A DNA stretch of 64,000 bases from an uncultured Alphaproteobacteria bacterium. Its GTDB lineage: Bacteria > Pseudomonadota > Alphaproteobacteria > Methylaequorales > Methylaequoraceae. Location of the stretch: positions 134,698-198,697 of the forward strand of contig CABZJY010000001.1 of the NCBI GenBank assembly GCA_902526175.1. The letters are read 5' to 3'. Every line of letters starts with the position of its first letter. The stretch's first letter is position 1. The notes beneath the pieces were generated by a model. That model was given only the letters and a program-made list of their open reading frames with translations, was not told the origin of the DNA and did no database searches. The position numbers and the translations under genes are program-made. Below are positions 39,322-52,203 of this stretch, piece by piece.

Positions 39322-40380
39322 TTAATCCAGATTAAACGGTTCTAAACCAGATAACCTGAAAGAAGCTTTTATTTTTCTGGGGTTACGAGGTTTAAATTTT
39401 TCTACAGCCTGTTTTATTTTTGCTATATGTTCAGGTGTAGTTCCACAACATCCACCTATTATATTTACATAACCATCTTTTGACCAATTACTAGCATACT
39501 CAGCCATTTTTTCTGGAGTTTCGTCATATCCACCAAAAGCGTTAGGTAATCCTGCATTAGGATGAATACTTACAAAAAACTCATTAAATCTTGACAATTC
39601 TTTTAAGTAACTATCCAGTTCTTTGGGGCCTAAAGCACAATTAATCCCTATACTTATTGGATTAATGTGTCTTACTGAATTATAAAAAGCTTCTAATGTT
39701 TGTCCTGATAACGTTCGTCCGGATAAATCCGTGATTGTAGCTGACAGCATTAAAGGTATTTTCAAATCTAATTCTTTTTCTATTTCATAAATTGCCATCA
39801 TTGCTGCTTTAGCATTAAGAGTATCAAAAATTGTTTCTATTAATATTAAATCTGCTCCACCATCAAGCAATGCTTTAGTTGATTGAAAATAATCTTTCTT
39901 TAAATCATCAAAATTTATATTTCTATAATCTGGTCTGTTAACGTCTGGAGACATTGAACAAGTTCTATTGGTAGGACCTAAAACGCCTGCTACAAAAATC
40001 TGTCTTTTGTTTATTTTTTTAAATTTTAAAGCTACTTTTTTAGCAATTTTTGCACCTTCAAAATTAAGTCTATTTGTTATATGCTCACATTTATAATCGC
40101 TTTGAGAAGTTTGGTTAGAATTAAAAGTATTTGTCTCAATTATATCAGCACCAGCTGAGAGATATTTAAAATGGATTTCAGAAATTATATCAGGTCTAGT
40201 TAAATTCAAAATATCGTTATTTCCTTTTAAAGGAATATCATGTTTTTCAAATTCTTTTCCACGAAAATCTTTTTCAGTTAATTTTTCATTCTGAATCATG
40301 GTTCCCATTGGACCATCTAAAATTAGAATTCTTTTTTTTGCAATCTCAGTTATTTTAAATCCAAGCATTATATCATCCAT
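39322..40380 (-). CDS. metH: Homocysteine S-methyltransferase subunit of split MetH
   Basis: LDGPMGT, ETNTF, ETIFD, GINCA, PNAGLPN, GGCCGT Zn ligands; ends RLSGLEP. Confidence 0.94.
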   Translation of the reverse strand: MDDIMLGFKITEIAKKRILILDGPMGTMIQNEKLTEKDFRGKEFEKHDIPLKGNNDILNLTRPDIISEIHFKYLSAGADIIETNTFNSNQTSQSDYKCEHITNRLNFEGAKIAKKVALKFKKINKRQIFVAGVLGPTNRTCSMSPDVNRPDYRNINFDDLKKDYFQSTKALLDGGADLILIETIFDTLNAKAAMMAIYEIEKELDLKIPLMLSATITDLSGRTLSGQTLEAFYNSVRHINPISIGINCALGPKELDSYLKELSRFNEFFVSIHPNAGLPNAFGGYDETPEKMAEYASNWSKDGYVNIIGGCCGTTPEHIAKIKQAVEKFKPRNPRKIKASFRLSGLEPFNLD

Positions 40381-41236
40381 TAATCTTTACACCTAAAAGA
40401 TGGCATATTGCAAAAGAAAGATCCGCTCTGTTTAGTGTATAGAAGTGAAATTCTTTTATGCCTTCATTAAGAATTTGTTTACATTGTTCTGTAGCGATTG
40501 ATGCAGCCACTAATTTTCTAGTCTCTGGATCTTCATCTAATCCGTAAAACATTTTTTTTAACCATAAAGGAATTGAACAGTTCATTGATTTGGCAAATTG
40601 AATAGTTTTGTTAAAATTAGAAATTGGTAAAATTCCTGGAATAATGGGTATTTGAATATTTTTTTTCTGAGCCATTTCAATAAATTTAAGATATTTAGAT
40701 GTGTCAAAAAAAAACTGTGTAATTGCTCTATTGGCCCCAAGATCAATTTTTTTTTTAAGAATATCAAATTCTTGTTCTATTGATTTTGAATCAGGATGGC
40801 ATTCAGGATATGCAGAAACTGTTATTTCAAAATCTCTTTTTTTCTTTAACACTTTGATTAAATCAGTTGCAAACCTCAAGTTTTGGTCTTGAAAAGATTT
40901 TTTTTTGGGGATATCTCCTCTCAATGCAACTATATGCTTAATTCCATCATCCCAGTATTTCTGAGCTATACTTTCTATTTCATTAACCGATGAACCCATG
41001 CATGTAAGGTGTGCTGCTGGTTCAATGTTAGTTTTATGTTTAATTTGCTTAACAAGTTTATGTGTTCTATCTCGAGTTGATCCACCTGCTCCGTATGTTA
41101 CGGATACAAACTGGGGGTTCAATGGTTCAAGTCTTCTTAAATTTTTCCACAAGGACTTCTCCGTAGTAGAGTCCTTTGGAGGGAAAAACTCAAAAGATAC
41201 ATTAACAATATTATCTACTTTACTATTTTTTAAAAT
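40373..41236 (-). CDS. metF: 5,10-methylenetetrahydrofolate reductase
   Basis: VSFEFFPP (upstream of the track start), SVTYGAGG, AHLTC, ALRGD, AYPECH, ITQFFF, HFYTLN. The start must be non-canonical (ATT 41236 or ATA 41248). Confidence 0.94.
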   Translation of the reverse strand: MLKNSKVDNIVNVSFEFFPPKDSTTEKSLWKNLRRLEPLNPQFVSVTYGAGGSTRDRTHKLVKQIKHKTNIEPAAHLTCMGSSVNEIESIAQKYWDDGIKHIVALRGDIPKKKSFQDQNLRFATDLIKVLKKKRDFEITVSAYPECHPDSKSIEQEFDILKKKIDLGANRAITQFFFDTSKYLKFIEMAQKKNIQIPIIPGILPISNFNKTIQFAKSMNCSIPLWLKKMFYGLDEDPETRKLVAASIATEQCKQILNEGIKEFHFYTLNRADLSFAICHLLGVKING

Positions 41237-41382
41237 TTTTAGACCTATTTAAATAATTTTTTTATATCAATTTATACAATCTTAGTTTATTTTTCTATAT
41301 GAATGATTATTTTAGATATTAATAATTTATTTTAAAATTTTAAATTTTATGCTAAATTAGCATTTGTGTTAGATACTATATT

Positions 41383-42288
41383 ATGAAATATCTTTTTAAT
41401 AAATACTATATATTGTTTTTTGGGTTAATTTTAACCATATCCGGCTGTACCACAAATAATCTAGCTGAAAATAGCAATAGCAATGATCCTTTTGAGCAAA
41501 CTAATAGAGATATATTTAAGTTTAATAACGGTGTAGATGATTATTTTTTTAAACCAGTGGCACGCGGCTGGAGAAAGTTACCTTCATTTCCTAGAGATAA
41601 TTTGGCAAATTTAGCTGAAACAGCATACGCACCGTTAAGCCTCGCAAATGCAATGTTACAGTTTGATACGGAGGGAGCAAGCGTTATAATTAGAAGACTG
41701 CTAATTAACCTTACTTTTGGTATTGGAGGTATGTATGATGTCGCAAGTACTGAAGAATTTGGAAATATAGAAAAAAGAGAAGAGGATTTTGGTCAAACAT
41801 TAGCTGTTTATGGTTTTTCTGATGGACCATATATAATGCTTCCTATATTTGGGCCATCAAACCTTAGAGATTCTTTTGGCAGAGTTGTTGATGCTGTATT
41901 TAATCCAATGACATTTGCATTTAGAATGCAAAATATTGGATTGGAAGGCAGATTAAGTCAACCAGTTGTTGCAGGGGTTGAGAAAAGAGAAACCTATTTA
42001 GATTATATGGAAGAAATAGAAGAAAGTTCTCTTGATTACTATGCAACAATAAAGAGTCTTTATATGCAGAAAAGAAAAAAAGATATTAAAAATGGAAAAG
42101 GTAGTATTGAGTCTAAAATTAATTATGAATTAGATGAAAACTGGGATGTGGGCTCTGATTCATTAATACAAAATCCTACTAAAGCATTTTTAGAACCAGA
42201 AATGGAGAAAAAAGTTGACTACATTGACGATCTTCCTTCATCTAATCACCCAAAATTTAACGAGGAAACCATTTATCTTACTAACTAA
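41383..42288 (+). CDS. mlaA: MlaA/VacJ lipoprotein
   Basis: Lipobox LTISGC, DPFEQTNR..F.FN, EDFGQTL, GPYIMLPIFGPSNLRD. Confidence 0.93.
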   Translation: MKYLFNKYYILFFGLILTISGCTTNNLAENSNSNDPFEQTNRDIFKFNNGVDDYFFKPVARGWRKLPSFPRDNLANLAETAYAPLSLANAMLQFDTEGASVIIRRLLINLTFGIGGMYDVASTEEFGNIEKREEDFGQTLAVYGFSDGPYIMLPIFGPSNLRDSFGRVVDAVFNPMTFAFRMQNIGLEGRLSQPVVAGVEKRETYLDYMEEIEESSLDYYATIKSLYMQKRKKDIKNGKGSIESKINYELDENWDVGSDSLIQNPTKAFLEPEMEKKVDYIDDLPSSNHPKFNEETIYLTN

Positions 42289-42290
42289 AA

Positions 42291-42884
42291 ATGTTAAAAA
42301 AATCTTCTTTTTTTCTTATTTTTTTATTTCCCTTTTTTGTTTCATCCAAAGATCCATTAACCAGTAGTAGAATATTTATTGAAAATTTGGGAAGTAAAGT
42401 TATTAAAACTGTTGCTGACAAAACCCTTGATGACAAAGTTAGGGAAAAAAACTTCAGAAAACTATACAATGAAGCTTTTGATAACAAATATATATCAAAA
42501 TTTGTTTTAGGGAGACACTGGAAAAAAATTGATGAAAAAACAAAAAAGATTTTTTTTACTTCGTTCAATGATTATCTAGTTATGGTTTATGCTCCAAAAT
42601 TCAAAGGATGGAGTGGAACATTTAAAACCACAAAATCTTCCCAAATAAAAAAAAATTTATATCTTGTTGAAATGAAACTAATTAATTCAAAAGATTCACC
42701 TTCTTTGAAACTTGATTGGAGAATGTACCTTAATTCTAAAAATGAATTTAAAATTTTAGATGTAAATATTGATGGTGTAAGTATGCTTGTTACACAAAGG
42801 GCAGAATTTATTTCGGTAATTAAAAATAGTCCAGAAGGTGTGATGGGACTTATAAAAAAAATGAAAACAAAAACAAATTCTTAA
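42291..42884 (+). CDS. mlaC: MlaC/Ttg2D periplasmic phospholipid-binding protein
   Basis: FVLGRHW, LDWR, KILDVNIDGVSMLVTQRAEF; follows mlaA. Confidence 0.9.
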   Translation: MLKKSSFFLIFLFPFFVSSKDPLTSSRIFIENLGSKVIKTVADKTLDDKVREKNFRKLYNEAFDNKYISKFVLGRHWKKIDEKTKKIFFTSFNDYLVMVYAPKFKGWSGTFKTTKSSQIKKNLYLVEMKLINSKDSPSLKLDWRMYLNSKNEFKILDVNIDGVSMLVTQRAEFISVIKNSPEGVMGLIKKMKTKTNS

Positions 42885-42911
42885 TTTGTAAATTAGTTTG
42901 TAGACGATATT

Positions 42912-42988
42912 TGGTAGGCCCGGAGGGACTTGAACCCCCGACAACACCGTTATGAGCGGTGCGTTCTAACCAACTGAACTACGGGCCT
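42912..42988 (-). tRNA. tRNA with CAT anticodon, most likely tRNA-Ile2 (lysidine)
   Basis: AGGCCCG...CACCG-CTCATAA-CGGTG...GGTTCAAGTCC...CGGGCCT-A-CCA. It has no initiator GGG/CCC stem, has C4-G69 and C5-G68 TilS determinants, and lies downstream of rpoD. Confidence 0.92.
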
Positions 42989-43073
42989 AGAGTTTTAAAT
43001 CGAATACATGTAGATTTTACTGTTTACAAGAAAGTTTACAACAATAAATATTTTACCCCCTATTAATTTTAAC

Positions 43074-43502
43074 CTAGAGAACTTGACTATTAACTAAATG
43101 GTAAGTAAATCTTGAAAAAAAATAGGAACAATTTAGCCCCACAATAAACATTATAAAAACCCTAAGTGATTCTTCCAAGCTCTCTCCTATCCAATTTATA
43201 AATCTTTCAGATTTGGATACTTTAAGACAAACCTCAAGTAGCAATATAAATGAAAAAATAAAATTTATAACTTGAATACCCTGAGATCCTTTTAAAAAAA
43301 ACATTAACATGCTAAATAAAATAAAAACGAAAGAGTATATAAAAAAGGGAAACAGGTAATGTCCTTTTTTAAACTTTGGTAAAAGCCTTATAATAAAGCT
43401 ATCAATTTTAAATGCCTCAGCCACTAAGGATAGTACAGTAAGCAAGAGAAGGTGAAAGAATAAGCAAATAAAAATAGTTGTGATGATTATATTAATTGTC
43501 AA
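43074..43502 (-). CDS. Hypothetical four-TM membrane protein overlapping the rpoD stop
   Basis: 142-aa ORF with four hydrophobic segments; the TTG start overlaps the last rpoD codons. Confidence 0.7.
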   Translation of the reverse strand: MTINIIITTIFICLFFHLLLLTVLSLVAEAFKIDSFIIRLLPKFKKGHYLFPFFIYSFVFILFSMLMFFLKGSQGIQVINFIFSFILLLEVCLKVSKSERFINWIGESLEESLRVFIMFIVGLNCSYFFSRFTYHLVNSQVL

Positions 43503-45411
43503 GAAAGCTTCTTAGTTTTCTGGATCGACTTGGATGCTTAAGTTTTCTTAGGCCCTTAGCTTCAATTTGGCGTATCCTTTCTCTTGTTACAGAAAATTGT
43601 TGTCCTACTTCTTCTAAAGTATGATCAGTATTCATACCAATTCCAAAACGCATTCTTAAAACTCTTTCTTCTCTTGGCGTTAAAGTGGATAAAACGTTAG
43701 TAGTAGCTTCTCTAAGATTATTCTGAATAGCTGCATCAAGAGGTAGTTTGGTTTGTTTGTCTTCAATAAAATCACCAAGATGACTGTCATCTTCATCACC
43801 TACAGGCGTTTCCAAACTAATAGGCTCTTTAGCAATTTTAAGGACTTTTCGCACCTTGTCCAATGGCATTCCTAATCTTTTTGCTAGTTCTTCTGGCTGA
43901 GGCTCAATACCATTTTCATTTAGTAATTGTCTAGATACCCTTACTAATTTACTGATCGTTTCAATCATATGAACTGGTATTCTTATCGTCCTTGCTTGAT
44001 CAGCAATTGACCTGGTAATAGCCTGTCTGATCCACCAAGTTGCATATGTAGAAAATTTGTACCCTCTCCTGTACTCAAATTTATCTACAGCTTTCATTAA
44101 ACCAATATTACCTTCTTGGATTAAATCAAGAAATTGGAGACCTCTATTAGTATATTTCTTCGCAATTGATATAACGAGTCTAAGGTTTGCCTCAATCATT
44201 TCCTTTTTTGCTTTATTAGACTGATTAACTCCATTCTTCACTTTTTGAGATGATTGAGTTATTTCTTCAAGTGTCATTGAAGTTTTTTCAGTAATCTCAT
44301 GAAGTGCATCGAAAATTTCTAGAACTTCTTTAGATTTAGAAAATTTAACCCAACTAGTTTTTTTTCTTCTTGATAAATTTTTTAACCATGACTTATTTAA
44401 AACATTAGAATTATACTCTTCATAAAACTCTGATTCGGAAATTTTCTTTTTTTTCGCAATATTAAAAATTTTACTCTCTAAAATCTTTATATTTCTGCCA
44501 CAATCGTATAATTCTTCAACTATATCATCTATTCTACTTTGATTGATAAATAAAGATTTTACAATTTCTGAGATTTCGAATTTTAACTTTTCAAATTTCT
44601 TAGTTTTTTTTTCTTCGATATTCTTGTTAATATATTTGTGATGCAAATTTTCAATTTGTATTTTTTTAAGTTCTTTATATTTTCTCGAGAACTTTTTTAA
44701 TTTGTCTAATAGAATTGGTTTTAAGTTCTCTTCCTTTTCTAATATAGAAAGTTCATTAATATCATCAGATTCAAAATCTGTATTCTCTTCATTTTCGTCT
44801 TCGGATTCGTTATCTTCTTGATAAATATCCTCCTGGTTTTGTTCATCTTGCTCAAATAATTCATCCTTCTCTCCAGAGATAGATCTATAGGTTGCATCCA
44901 AATCGATTAAATCACGAAGAGGTTTTTCACCTTTTGAATAAATATTAAAAAATTCATCAATATATTTCATTGATAGAAAACAGCTTGAAAAGGAATTAAT
45001 GGTTTGTTTCTTTCCTTCTTCAATCCTTTTTGCAATATCAATTTCACCTTGTCTTGAAAGAAGGTCGACATTACCCATTTCTTTTAGGTACATTCGTACT
45101 GGATCATCTGTTTTTCCAGTGTCTTCGTCTTTACTATCAATAATATCTTGCCTATCTTCATCCTCTCTACTTTCTTCATTTTCATAAATTTGAATACCCA
45201 TAGAGGTTATTTTAGATTGGAATTCCTCAATACTGTCTGAAGATTCATGGGCCAACTCACTCTCGATTTCTGATAGATTTATGTAACCTAACTTTTTAGC
45301 TTTTAAAATAAGTTTTTGCTTCAAGTCATTTGTTTGGTCTATTATTGGGGCCTCTTGTTTGATGGAGGGAGATTCTGAATTCTTCTCGTCTGTTTTAGTG
45401 TTCTTTGTCAT
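43492..45411 (-). CDS. rpoD: RNA polymerase sigma factor RpoD
   Basis: [45 protein letters not shown]. Confidence 0.99.
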   Translation of the reverse strand: MTKNTKTDEKNSESPSIKQEAPIIDQTNDLKQKLILKAKKLGYINLSEIESELAHESSDSIEEFQSKITSMGIQIYENEESREDEDRQDIIDSKDEDTGKTDDPVRMYLKEMGNVDLLSRQGEIDIAKRIEEGKKQTINSFSSCFLSMKYIDEFFNIYSKGEKPLRDLIDLDATYRSISGEKDELFEQDEQNQEDIYQEDNESEDENEENTDFESDDINELSILEKEENLKPILLDKLKKFSRKYKELKKIQIENLHHKYINKNIEEKKTKKFEKLKFEISEIVKSLFINQSRIDDIVEELYDCGRNIKILESKIFNIAKKKKISESEFYEEYNSNVLNKSWLKNLSRRKKTSWVKFSKSKEVLEIFDALHEITEKTSMTLEEITQSSQKVKNGVNQSNKAKKEMIEANLRLVISIAKKYTNRGLQFLDLIQEGNIGLMKAVDKFEYRRGYKFSTYATWWIRQAITRSIADQARTIRIPVHMIETISKLVRVSRQLLNENGIEPQPEELAKRLGMPLDKVRKVLKIAKEPISLETPVGDEDDSHLGDFIEDKQTKLPLDAAIQNNLREATTNVLSTLTPREERVLRMRFGIGMNTDHTLEEVGQQFSVTRERIRQIEAKGLRKLKHPSRSRKLRSFLDN

Positions 45412-45500
45412 ATTTAATAAATAGGTTAGATTGCTTGAAAAACAATGATTCTGAAATATAATTCTGTTACATGAACTTATGATGAATATTAAAAAAAAGT

Positions 45501-47246
45501 CTATTTGCTTTTTATTTTATTAATTTCTTTAGATAGATTTTCATATTTTTTAATATATTCTTCAGAATTTTCACTTTCTTTGCTTTGTAGTATTTCTTTC
45601 TTTAGTTTTTCTCGTTCATTTAAAAGCATTGGCAGTCTTAGATTTAGTATAATATCTCTTAAAAATAATTTTTTGTTCTCATAATCTAAGTGTTTAAAAT
45701 GCGTATTTTTTACATAGTTAAATTTTTTCCACTCTGATTCATTTAACTTTTCTTTAATTTGATCAATATCCTTTGAATTAGAAAAGTAAAAACTTAAAAT
45801 ATCAGATTTATTTTTATTAAGAGTGGGGTCATTGAACATAATTGCATCGATTTGTTCAATAAAATCTGTTGACAATTCTTTTTCAAAAATTAAAAAACTT
45901 AAAACAATATATTCATTTATATTTTTAAATTTCTCAAAACTTTCTTTGTTATCAGATTTTTTTAAAGATTTTTTGCTGATTATCTTTCTTTTATTCCAAA
46001 AATAATCATTCCTTTTGGAGATTAAATATTTATAGTATTCCTGAGATAGATTTGAATCATTAATTGAGGAGGTAATTTTTTTAATTCTGCTCTCAATTAA
46101 TGCACTATATTCAGGTGTTATATTATCAGTTTCATCTAAAATATTGCTCCAAATTAAATCAGATAAATTTAAAGATTGGTTAGAGTAATTGTAAAATTCC
46201 TCCTTACTATTTTTCTGAATAAAACTATCAGGGTCGTCTCCATCAGGTAGAGTCATAAACTTCATAGTTTTTCCAGGTTTCAAAAATTTTAAAATCTTTA
46301 ATGATAATTGATTCATAGCCCTAAGCCCTGCATTATCTCCGTCATAACACATAATTGGATTATTAGTGTAACTCCAAATTTTTTCAATCTGAGTTTGTGA
46401 TAAACTTGTACCGAGTGTTGCAACTGAATTATCTACTTTTTTTGAATATAGAGAAATAACATCAAGATACCCCTCAACTAAAAAGAGGTTATTTCTATTT
46501 TTTATTGATTCTTTATTTTGCCATAACCCATAGATGTTGTCACTTTTCTTAAAAAGAATACTTTCAGGTGAATTGATGTATTTTATCTTAGAATTAACTA
46601 TTGTCCTCCCCCCAAATCCCACAACTTTACCTAGCATATTATAAATAGGAAAAGTTATTCTATTTTGAAACCTCAAGAAAAGTCGTTTATCTTCATTTGA
46701 CTCAATGATAAGTCCAGCCTCTTTGATATCATTTTCAGAGAAACCTTTTAGATTCAAAATTTTATTAAAATTTCCCAGATCTTGGTTACATAATCCAATA
46801 TTAAATTTTTTTATAGAAGAATGATCAATTCCTCTTTTTTTCAAATAATTTCTGGCAAAACTATTATTTTCTAAGTTAGCTTTGAAAACTTGATTGATAT
46901 TGGCTAGTAAATTGTAAAGGTTTGTAATCTTACCAATTTCTTTGCTAGAGACTGTTTTTAATTCTATTCCTAAATAATCTGCAATTATCTTAAGCGCTTC
47001 TTGAAAAGAAATATTTTTATATTTTTTTAAAAATGTAAATACATTACCTCCAACACCACAACCAAAACAGTAAAACAAACCCTTTTCGTTGCTTACAGAA
47101 AATGAAGGTGTTTTTTCATTATGAAATGGACATTTACCTACAAAAGAATTGCCTCTTTTCTCTAGTGAAATGAAATTTGAAAGATAATCTGAAAGATTAA
47201 TTTTATTTTTGAATTGTTGTAATATATCCTCAGCTGAATTTTTCAT
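45501..47246 (-). CDS. dnaG: DNA primase
   Basis: [11 protein letters not shown]...CFGC zinc finger, KYINSPE, VEGYLDV, YDGDNAG, DPD. Confidence 0.97.
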   Translation of the reverse strand: MKNSAEDILQQFKNKINLSDYLSNFISLEKRGNSFVGKCPFHNEKTPSFSVSNEKGLFYCFGCGVGGNVFTFLKKYKNISFQEALKIIADYLGIELKTVSSKEIGKITNLYNLLANINQVFKANLENNSFARNYLKKRGIDHSSIKKFNIGLCNQDLGNFNKILNLKGFSENDIKEAGLIIESNEDKRLFLRFQNRITFPIYNMLGKVVGFGGRTIVNSKIKYINSPESILFKKSDNIYGLWQNKESIKNRNNLFLVEGYLDVISLYSKKVDNSVATLGTSLSQTQIEKIWSYTNNPIMCYDGDNAGLRAMNQLSLKILKFLKPGKTMKFMTLPDGDDPDSFIQKNSKEEFYNYSNQSLNLSDLIWSNILDETDNITPEYSALIESRIKKITSSINDSNLSQEYYKYLISKRNDYFWNKRKIISKKSLKKSDNKESFEKFKNINEYIVLSFLIFEKELSTDFIEQIDAIMFNDPTLNKNKSDILSFYFSNSKDIDQIKEKLNESEWKKFNYVKNTHFKHLDYENKKLFLRDIILNLRLPMLLNEREKLKKEILQSKESENSEEYIKKYENLSKEINKIKSK

Positions 47247-47707
47247 CAGCTAAGTATTTTTTTTCCAAAATCTGCAGCTTTTTTCATATCAAATTGTCCA
47301 GGGTATCTTTCCTTAACAAGTTGCATGAGTTTACCCAAGTCTTTAATTGATTCAGCTTGTACTTCCTCTACTAATTCTTGAATAATTTTTTTTATGTCTT
47401 CATCATTCATTTGTGTAGGTAAAAATTGACTAATAATCTTAATTTCACTTTCTTCTCTTTGACTTAACTCAACCCTCCCAGCATCATCGTAAATTTTTTT
47501 ACTGTCTTTTCTTTGTTTAATCATACTTTGAAATAAATTGAAAATCTCAGAATCAGGCGTATCGCCCTCCTTTTTTTTGGTTCTATTTTCTATATCTCTA
47601 TCTTTTAATGCAGCTATAATCAGTCTAATAGTAGCAACCGCAATCTCATCTTTATTTTTAATACCATTTTCTAAAGCACTTTTGAGCTTTTGTCTTAAAT
47701 CAACCAT
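47246..47707 (-). CDS. GatB/YqeY domain protein
   Basis: TIRLIIAALKDRDI, MIKQRKDS...Y...GR, FLPTQM, IKDLGKLM. Confidence 0.92.
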   Translation of the reverse strand: MVDLRQKLKSALENGIKNKDEIAVATIRLIIAALKDRDIENRTKKKEGDTPDSEIFNLFQSMIKQRKDSKKIYDDAGRVELSQREESEIKIISQFLPTQMNDEDIKKIIQELVEEVQAESIKDLGKLMQLVKERYPGQFDMKKAADFGKKILS

Positions 47708-47822
47708 ATTTTTTCAATGTTAAAAATAGATAACTGACATAAAACTATTTATAAATCAAGTTTAAATAAATAGAATTACTTTCTTGAATTTTCTATAATC
47801 CAGAGTGTATATTAAAAATTAA

Positions 47823-48992
47823 ATGAATAAACCTAAACTTTTGTCATCTCCCAAAAAAAGTATTTTACTTCTAGAAAATGGAGAATTTTATTATGGTTCT
47901 GGAGTTGGAGCATATGGAACAACAATAGGAGAAATTTGTTTCAATACATCTATAACAGGTTATCAAGAAATAATGACCGATCCCTCCTACAAAGGGCAAA
48001 TAATTACTTTCACCTTTCCTCATATTGGAATAACAGGTGTTAATAGAAATGATTATGAAAGTGATAAAATTTTTGCTTCTGGTTGTATAGTTAATAATCC
48101 CTTTTCAATAACATCAAATTTTAGATCTGAGAATAGTTTTGACAATTGGTTAAAAACCCATAACAAAATATGTATTACAGGTATTGATACAAGAGAACTT
48201 ACACAAAAAATTAGAGATAATGGATATTTTAAAGTTTTAATTTCTACAAATATCGAGGGTAAATATTGTGTAAAAAAACTCATGTCAGAACTAGAGGATC
48301 ATCCAAGTTTAGAATCAAATGATATGGCAACAGATATATCAACAAAAACTATTTTTGAATGGTCAAATGGGAAAAAAAAAAAAATTGATGGTAATTTTTC
48401 AAATTTAAAAAAATCCAAATTTATTGCAGTTTTAGATTTTGGTATAAAAGCAAATATCTTAAATTTACTTGAACTTACTGGTTATCAAGTAATTGTTTTC
48501 CCAGTTTCTTACAAATCTGAAAATATAGTGAAACTTAAACCCTGTGGTATTTTTTTATCAAATGGCCCTGGTGATCCAAAGTCTACGTATTACAGGAATA
48601 AAAGTAATCTTGATTTTTTATTTGGAAAAAAAATCCCTATTTTTGGTATTTGTCTGGGTCATCAGATTTTGGCTCTCGCGCATAATGCAATCACAGAAAA
48701 AATGCATCACGGACACAGAGGAGCAAATCATCCAATTAAAAATCTTTTAAATCAAAATGTAGAAATAACTGTTCAAAATCATGGTTTTGTTGTTTCTAGA
48801 ACAGGAATTCCAGATAATATTGAAATTACCCATAAATCACTTTTTGACAACACTATTGCAGGACTAAGAATAAAAAATAAGCCGTTTTTTTCTGTACAGT
48901 ATCACCCTGAAGCATCGCCAGGTCCAAGAGATAGTAGATATTTATTCAAACAATTCAGAAAAGAAATAGATAAATATGCCAAGAAGAACTAA
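47823..48992 (+). CDS. carA: Carbamoyl-phosphate synthase small subunit
   Basis: [44 protein letters not shown]. Confidence 0.98.
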   Translation: MNKPKLLSSPKKSILLLENGEFYYGSGVGAYGTTIGEICFNTSITGYQEIMTDPSYKGQIITFTFPHIGITGVNRNDYESDKIFASGCIVNNPFSITSNFRSENSFDNWLKTHNKICITGIDTRELTQKIRDNGYFKVLISTNIEGKYCVKKLMSELEDHPSLESNDMATDISTKTIFEWSNGKKKKIDGNFSNLKKSKFIAVLDFGIKANILNLLELTGYQVIVFPVSYKSENIVKLKPCGIFLSNGPGDPKSTYYRNKSNLDFLFGKKIPIFGICLGHQILALAHNAITEKMHHGHRGANHPIKNLLNQNVEITVQNHGFVVSRTGIPDNIEITHKSLFDNTIAGLRIKNKPFFSVQYHPEASPGPRDSRYLFKQFRKEIDKYAKKN

Positions 48993-51900
48993 TTTGAAAT
49001 CAATAATGATTATTGGAGCTGGTCCTATAGTAATTGGCCAAGCTTGTGAATTTGATTATTCTGGTACACAAGCTTGTAAAGCATTAAAGGAAGAGGGTTT
49101 TAGAGTAATTTTAGTAAATTCTAATCCTGCTACAATTATGACCGATCCAGATATGGCAGATTCAACGTATATTGAACCACTTACTGTAGAACATCTAGAG
49201 CCCATAATAAAAAGAGAGAAACCAGATGCCCTTTTATCAACAATGGGGGGACAAACAGCACTAAATATTTCAATTGAATTAGAAAAAAAAAAAATTTTAA
49301 AAAAATATGGTGTTGAATTAATTGGAGCATCTAGGAAGGTGATTGAAAAGGCTGAAGATAGAAATATTTTCAAAAAAGCAATGAAAAAAATTGGTTTGTC
49401 AACAGCCATTGGTTTTACTGTAAATTCGATCTCTGAGGGTAGGAAAGCAATAAAAAGTGTTGGCTACCCTGCAATTCTTCGTCCCTCTTTTACACTTGGT
49501 GGAACAGGAGGAGGTGTAGTCAATAATGAAAAAGAATTTATATCTACATTAAAGAAAGGATTATCAAATTCTCCTATCAATGAGGTTTTAATTGAAGAAT
49601 CAGTTTTGGGTTGGAAAGAGTACGAAATGGAAGTTGTTAGAGATAAAAATGATAACTGCATAATAATTTGTTCTATAGAAAATATTGATCCAATGGGGGT
49701 TCACACTGGTGATTCAATGACAGTTGCTCCAGCATTAACACTAACAGATAAAGAATTACAAGAAATGAGAACTGAATCAATAATGATTCTTAGAGAAATT
49801 GGAGTTGAAACTGGTGGTTCCAATGTACAATTTGCTGTGAATCCTAAAAACGGAAAAAGAATTGTAATTGAAATGAATCCCAGGGTTTCTAGATCCTCTG
49901 CCTTAGCATCCAAAGCCACTGGATTTCCTATTGCAAGAATAGCAACAAAGCTTGCGATTGGTTACTCATTAGATGAACTTAGGAATGAGATAACCAAAAT
50001 AACTCCAGCTTCTTTTGAACCCACTATTGATTATATTGTAACTAAAATACCAAGATTCACATTTGAAAAATTTAGTCGTACTGAAGCAATTCTTGGAACT
50101 GCTATGAAATCAATTGGAGAGTGCATGTCAATCGGAAGGAGTTTTAAAGAATCTTTTCAAAAAGCTTTGAGGAGCCTAGAGATTGGTATCACAGGATTAG
50201 AAGTTCCTAACGAAATTCAGGTTAAAAAAAAATCAGAATTATTAAAGCTTCTTGAAAAAAGACTTCCATACAAATTTTTATTGATAGCTGAGTGCCTAAG
50301 AAGGGGCATATCAATAAAAAAAATATGTCAAATCACAAAGTATGATTTGTGGTTTGTTAATCAAATATTTGAACTAATTTCCATCGAGGAAAAAATTAGA
50401 GGTAAAAAAATTAATAAATTAGAGTACAGAAATTTAAAAAGCGATGGTTTCTCTGATAAAAGAATTTTACAACTTTCATCATTATCACAAAAACAACTGA
50501 CAAATCTTAGAATACAATCTAAAGTAAGGCCCTCTTTTAGAAGTGTTGACACATGTGCTGGAGAATTTCCTGCAAAAACACCGTACATGTACTCTTCATA
50601 TGTAAATTCACATAATTGTAACAGATTTGAAAAAGAAATTGATATTTCAACCAAAAAAAAAGTTGTCATAATTGGTGGTGGTCCAAATAGAATAGGTCAG
50701 GGAATTGAGTTTGATTATTGTTGCGTTCATGCTTCCTTTGCTTTGAAAGAGTTAGGAATTGAATCAATTATGATAAACTGTAACCCTGAAACAGTCTCAA
50801 CTGATTTTGATATATCTGATAGATTGTATTTTGAACCACTTGATGAAGAGTCAGTTCTTGAAATTTGTATTGCAGAGAGAGAAAAAGGCACACTTCTTGG
50901 AGTCATTGTTCAATTAGGTGGTCAAACGCCCTTAAAATTAGCTAAATTTCTAAATCAAAAAGGTATCAAAATTTTAGGAACCTCATTTGATTCAATTGAT
51001 CTAGCGGAGGATCGAGATCGTTTTAAAAAATTAATCAGTAACTTAAAATTAAATCAACCACATAATGCAATTGCAAATAACTTTTTAGAAGCCAAAAAAC
51101 ATATTAAAATAATTGGTTTTCCTGTTGTAGTTCGACCTTCTTATGTACTTGGAGGCAGAGCGATGCAGATAATATATGATTCTAATGAACTTGAGAAATA
51201 CTTTCAAAAAGAAAAGAACCATGTTAAGTCGATACTTATTGATAAGTTTCTAAACGATGCAAAAGAAATTGATGTTGATGCAATTAGTGATGGAAAAGAA
51301 ACCTTTATTGCTGGAATCTTGGAGCATATTGAAGAGGCTGGAATTCACTCTGGTGATTCAGCATGTTCATTACCTCCACAAACCCTAAGTAAAAAAAATA
51401 TCTCATTCATAGAAGAAATTACTTGCAAAATAGCAAAAAAACTTAAAATCATTGGGTATATTAATATACAGTTTGCAATCAAAGATAATCAAATCTACTT
51501 AATTGAGGTAAATCCCAGAGCAAGTAGAACAATACCATTTATTGCAAAATCAATAGGAGTTCCAATTGCAAAAATTGCAACAAAAATAATTCTTGGGCAT
51601 GAAATAAGAGAGCTTAATTTAAAAACCAAGACCGCTAATTACGTCAGTGTAAAAGAATCAGTATTTCCATTTGATAAATTTCCTGGTGAGGATATCGTTT
51701 TAGGCCCTGAAATGAAATCTACAGGAGAAGTGATGGGAATAGATCAAAATTTTCCTCTGGCTTTTGTTAAATCTCAAATTTCTTCAGGTAATAATCTTCC
51801 AGAAAAAGGTACAGTTTTTCTTTCAGTTAAAGATGAAGATAAGGAAAATATTATTTTAATGTCACAAATACTACAAAAACTCAACTTTAAATTAATCGGC

Positions 51901-52203
51901 ACAAACGGAACGGCAGAGTTTCTTAATAAATTTTCAGTTAATATTGATAGAGTTAATAAGGTTGCTGAAGGGCCACCCCACATTGTCGACAAAATAGAAG
52001 GTAATGAAATACAACTTATTATTAATACAACGCAGGATTCTCAATCACTTAAAGATAGCCATTCAATCCGAAGCGCAGCAGTAAGGTTTAAAATACCTTA
52101 TTTTACTACAATTTCAGCAGCAAAATTAGCAATAACTGGAATTGGAGTAATAAAAGGTAAAAAAACTGCTGTGAAATCTTTACAAGAATATTATAAGAAT
52201 TAA
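48976..52203 (+). CDS. carB: Carbamoyl-phosphate synthase large subunit
   Basis: [49 protein letters not shown]-terminal MGS domain. Confidence 0.99.
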   Translation: MPRRTNLKSIMIIGAGPIVIGQACEFDYSGTQACKALKEEGFRVILVNSNPATIMTDPDMADSTYIEPLTVEHLEPIIKREKPDALLSTMGGQTALNISIELEKKKILKKYGVELIGASRKVIEKAEDRNIFKKAMKKIGLSTAIGFTVNSISEGRKAIKSVGYPAILRPSFTLGGTGGGVVNNEKEFISTLKKGLSNSPINEVLIEESVLGWKEYEMEVVRDKNDNCIIICSIENIDPMGVHTGDSMTVAPALTLTDKELQEMRTESIMILREIGVETGGSNVQFAVNPKNGKRIVIEMNPRVSRSSALASKATGFPIARIATKLAIGYSLDELRNEITKITPASFEPTIDYIVTKIPRFTFEKFSRTEAILGTAMKSIGECMSIGRSFKESFQKALRSLEIGITGLEVPNEIQVKKKSELLKLLEKRLPYKFLLIAECLRRGISIKKICQITKYDLWFVNQIFELISIEEKIRGKKINKLEYRNLKSDGFSDKRILQLSSLSQKQLTNLRIQSKVRPSFRSVDTCAGEFPAKTPYMYSSYVNSHNCNRFEKEIDISTKKKVVIIGGGPNRIGQGIEFDYCCVHASFALKELGIESIMINCNPETVSTDFDISDRLYFEPLDEESVLEICIAEREKGTLLGVIVQLGGQTPLKLAKFLNQKGIKILGTSFDSIDLAEDRDRFKKLISNLKLNQPHNAIANNFLEAKKHIKIIGFPVVVRPSYVLGGRAMQIIYDSNELEKYFQKEKNHVKSILIDKFLNDAKEIDVDAISDGKETFIAGILEHIEEAGIHSGDSACSLPPQTLSKKNISFIEEITCKIAKKLKIIGYINIQFAIKDNQIYLIEVNPRASRTIPFIAKSIGVPIAKIATKIILGHEIRELNLKTKTANYVSVKESVFPFDKFPGEDIVLGPEMKSTGEVMGIDQNFPLAFVKSQISSGNNLPEKGTVFLSVKDEDKENIILMSQILQKLNFKLIGTNGTAEFLNKFSVNIDRVNKVAEGPPHIVDKIEGNEIQLIINTTQDSQSLKDSHSIRSAAVRFKIPYFTTISAAKLAITGIGVIKGKKTAVKSLQEYYKN

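Noticed and set aside
41252-41382. SAM or cobalamin riboswitch upstream of the metF-metH operon
   Set aside because: The spacer is almost pure A/T with no recognisable SAM-II, SAM-V or B12 motifs or stems.
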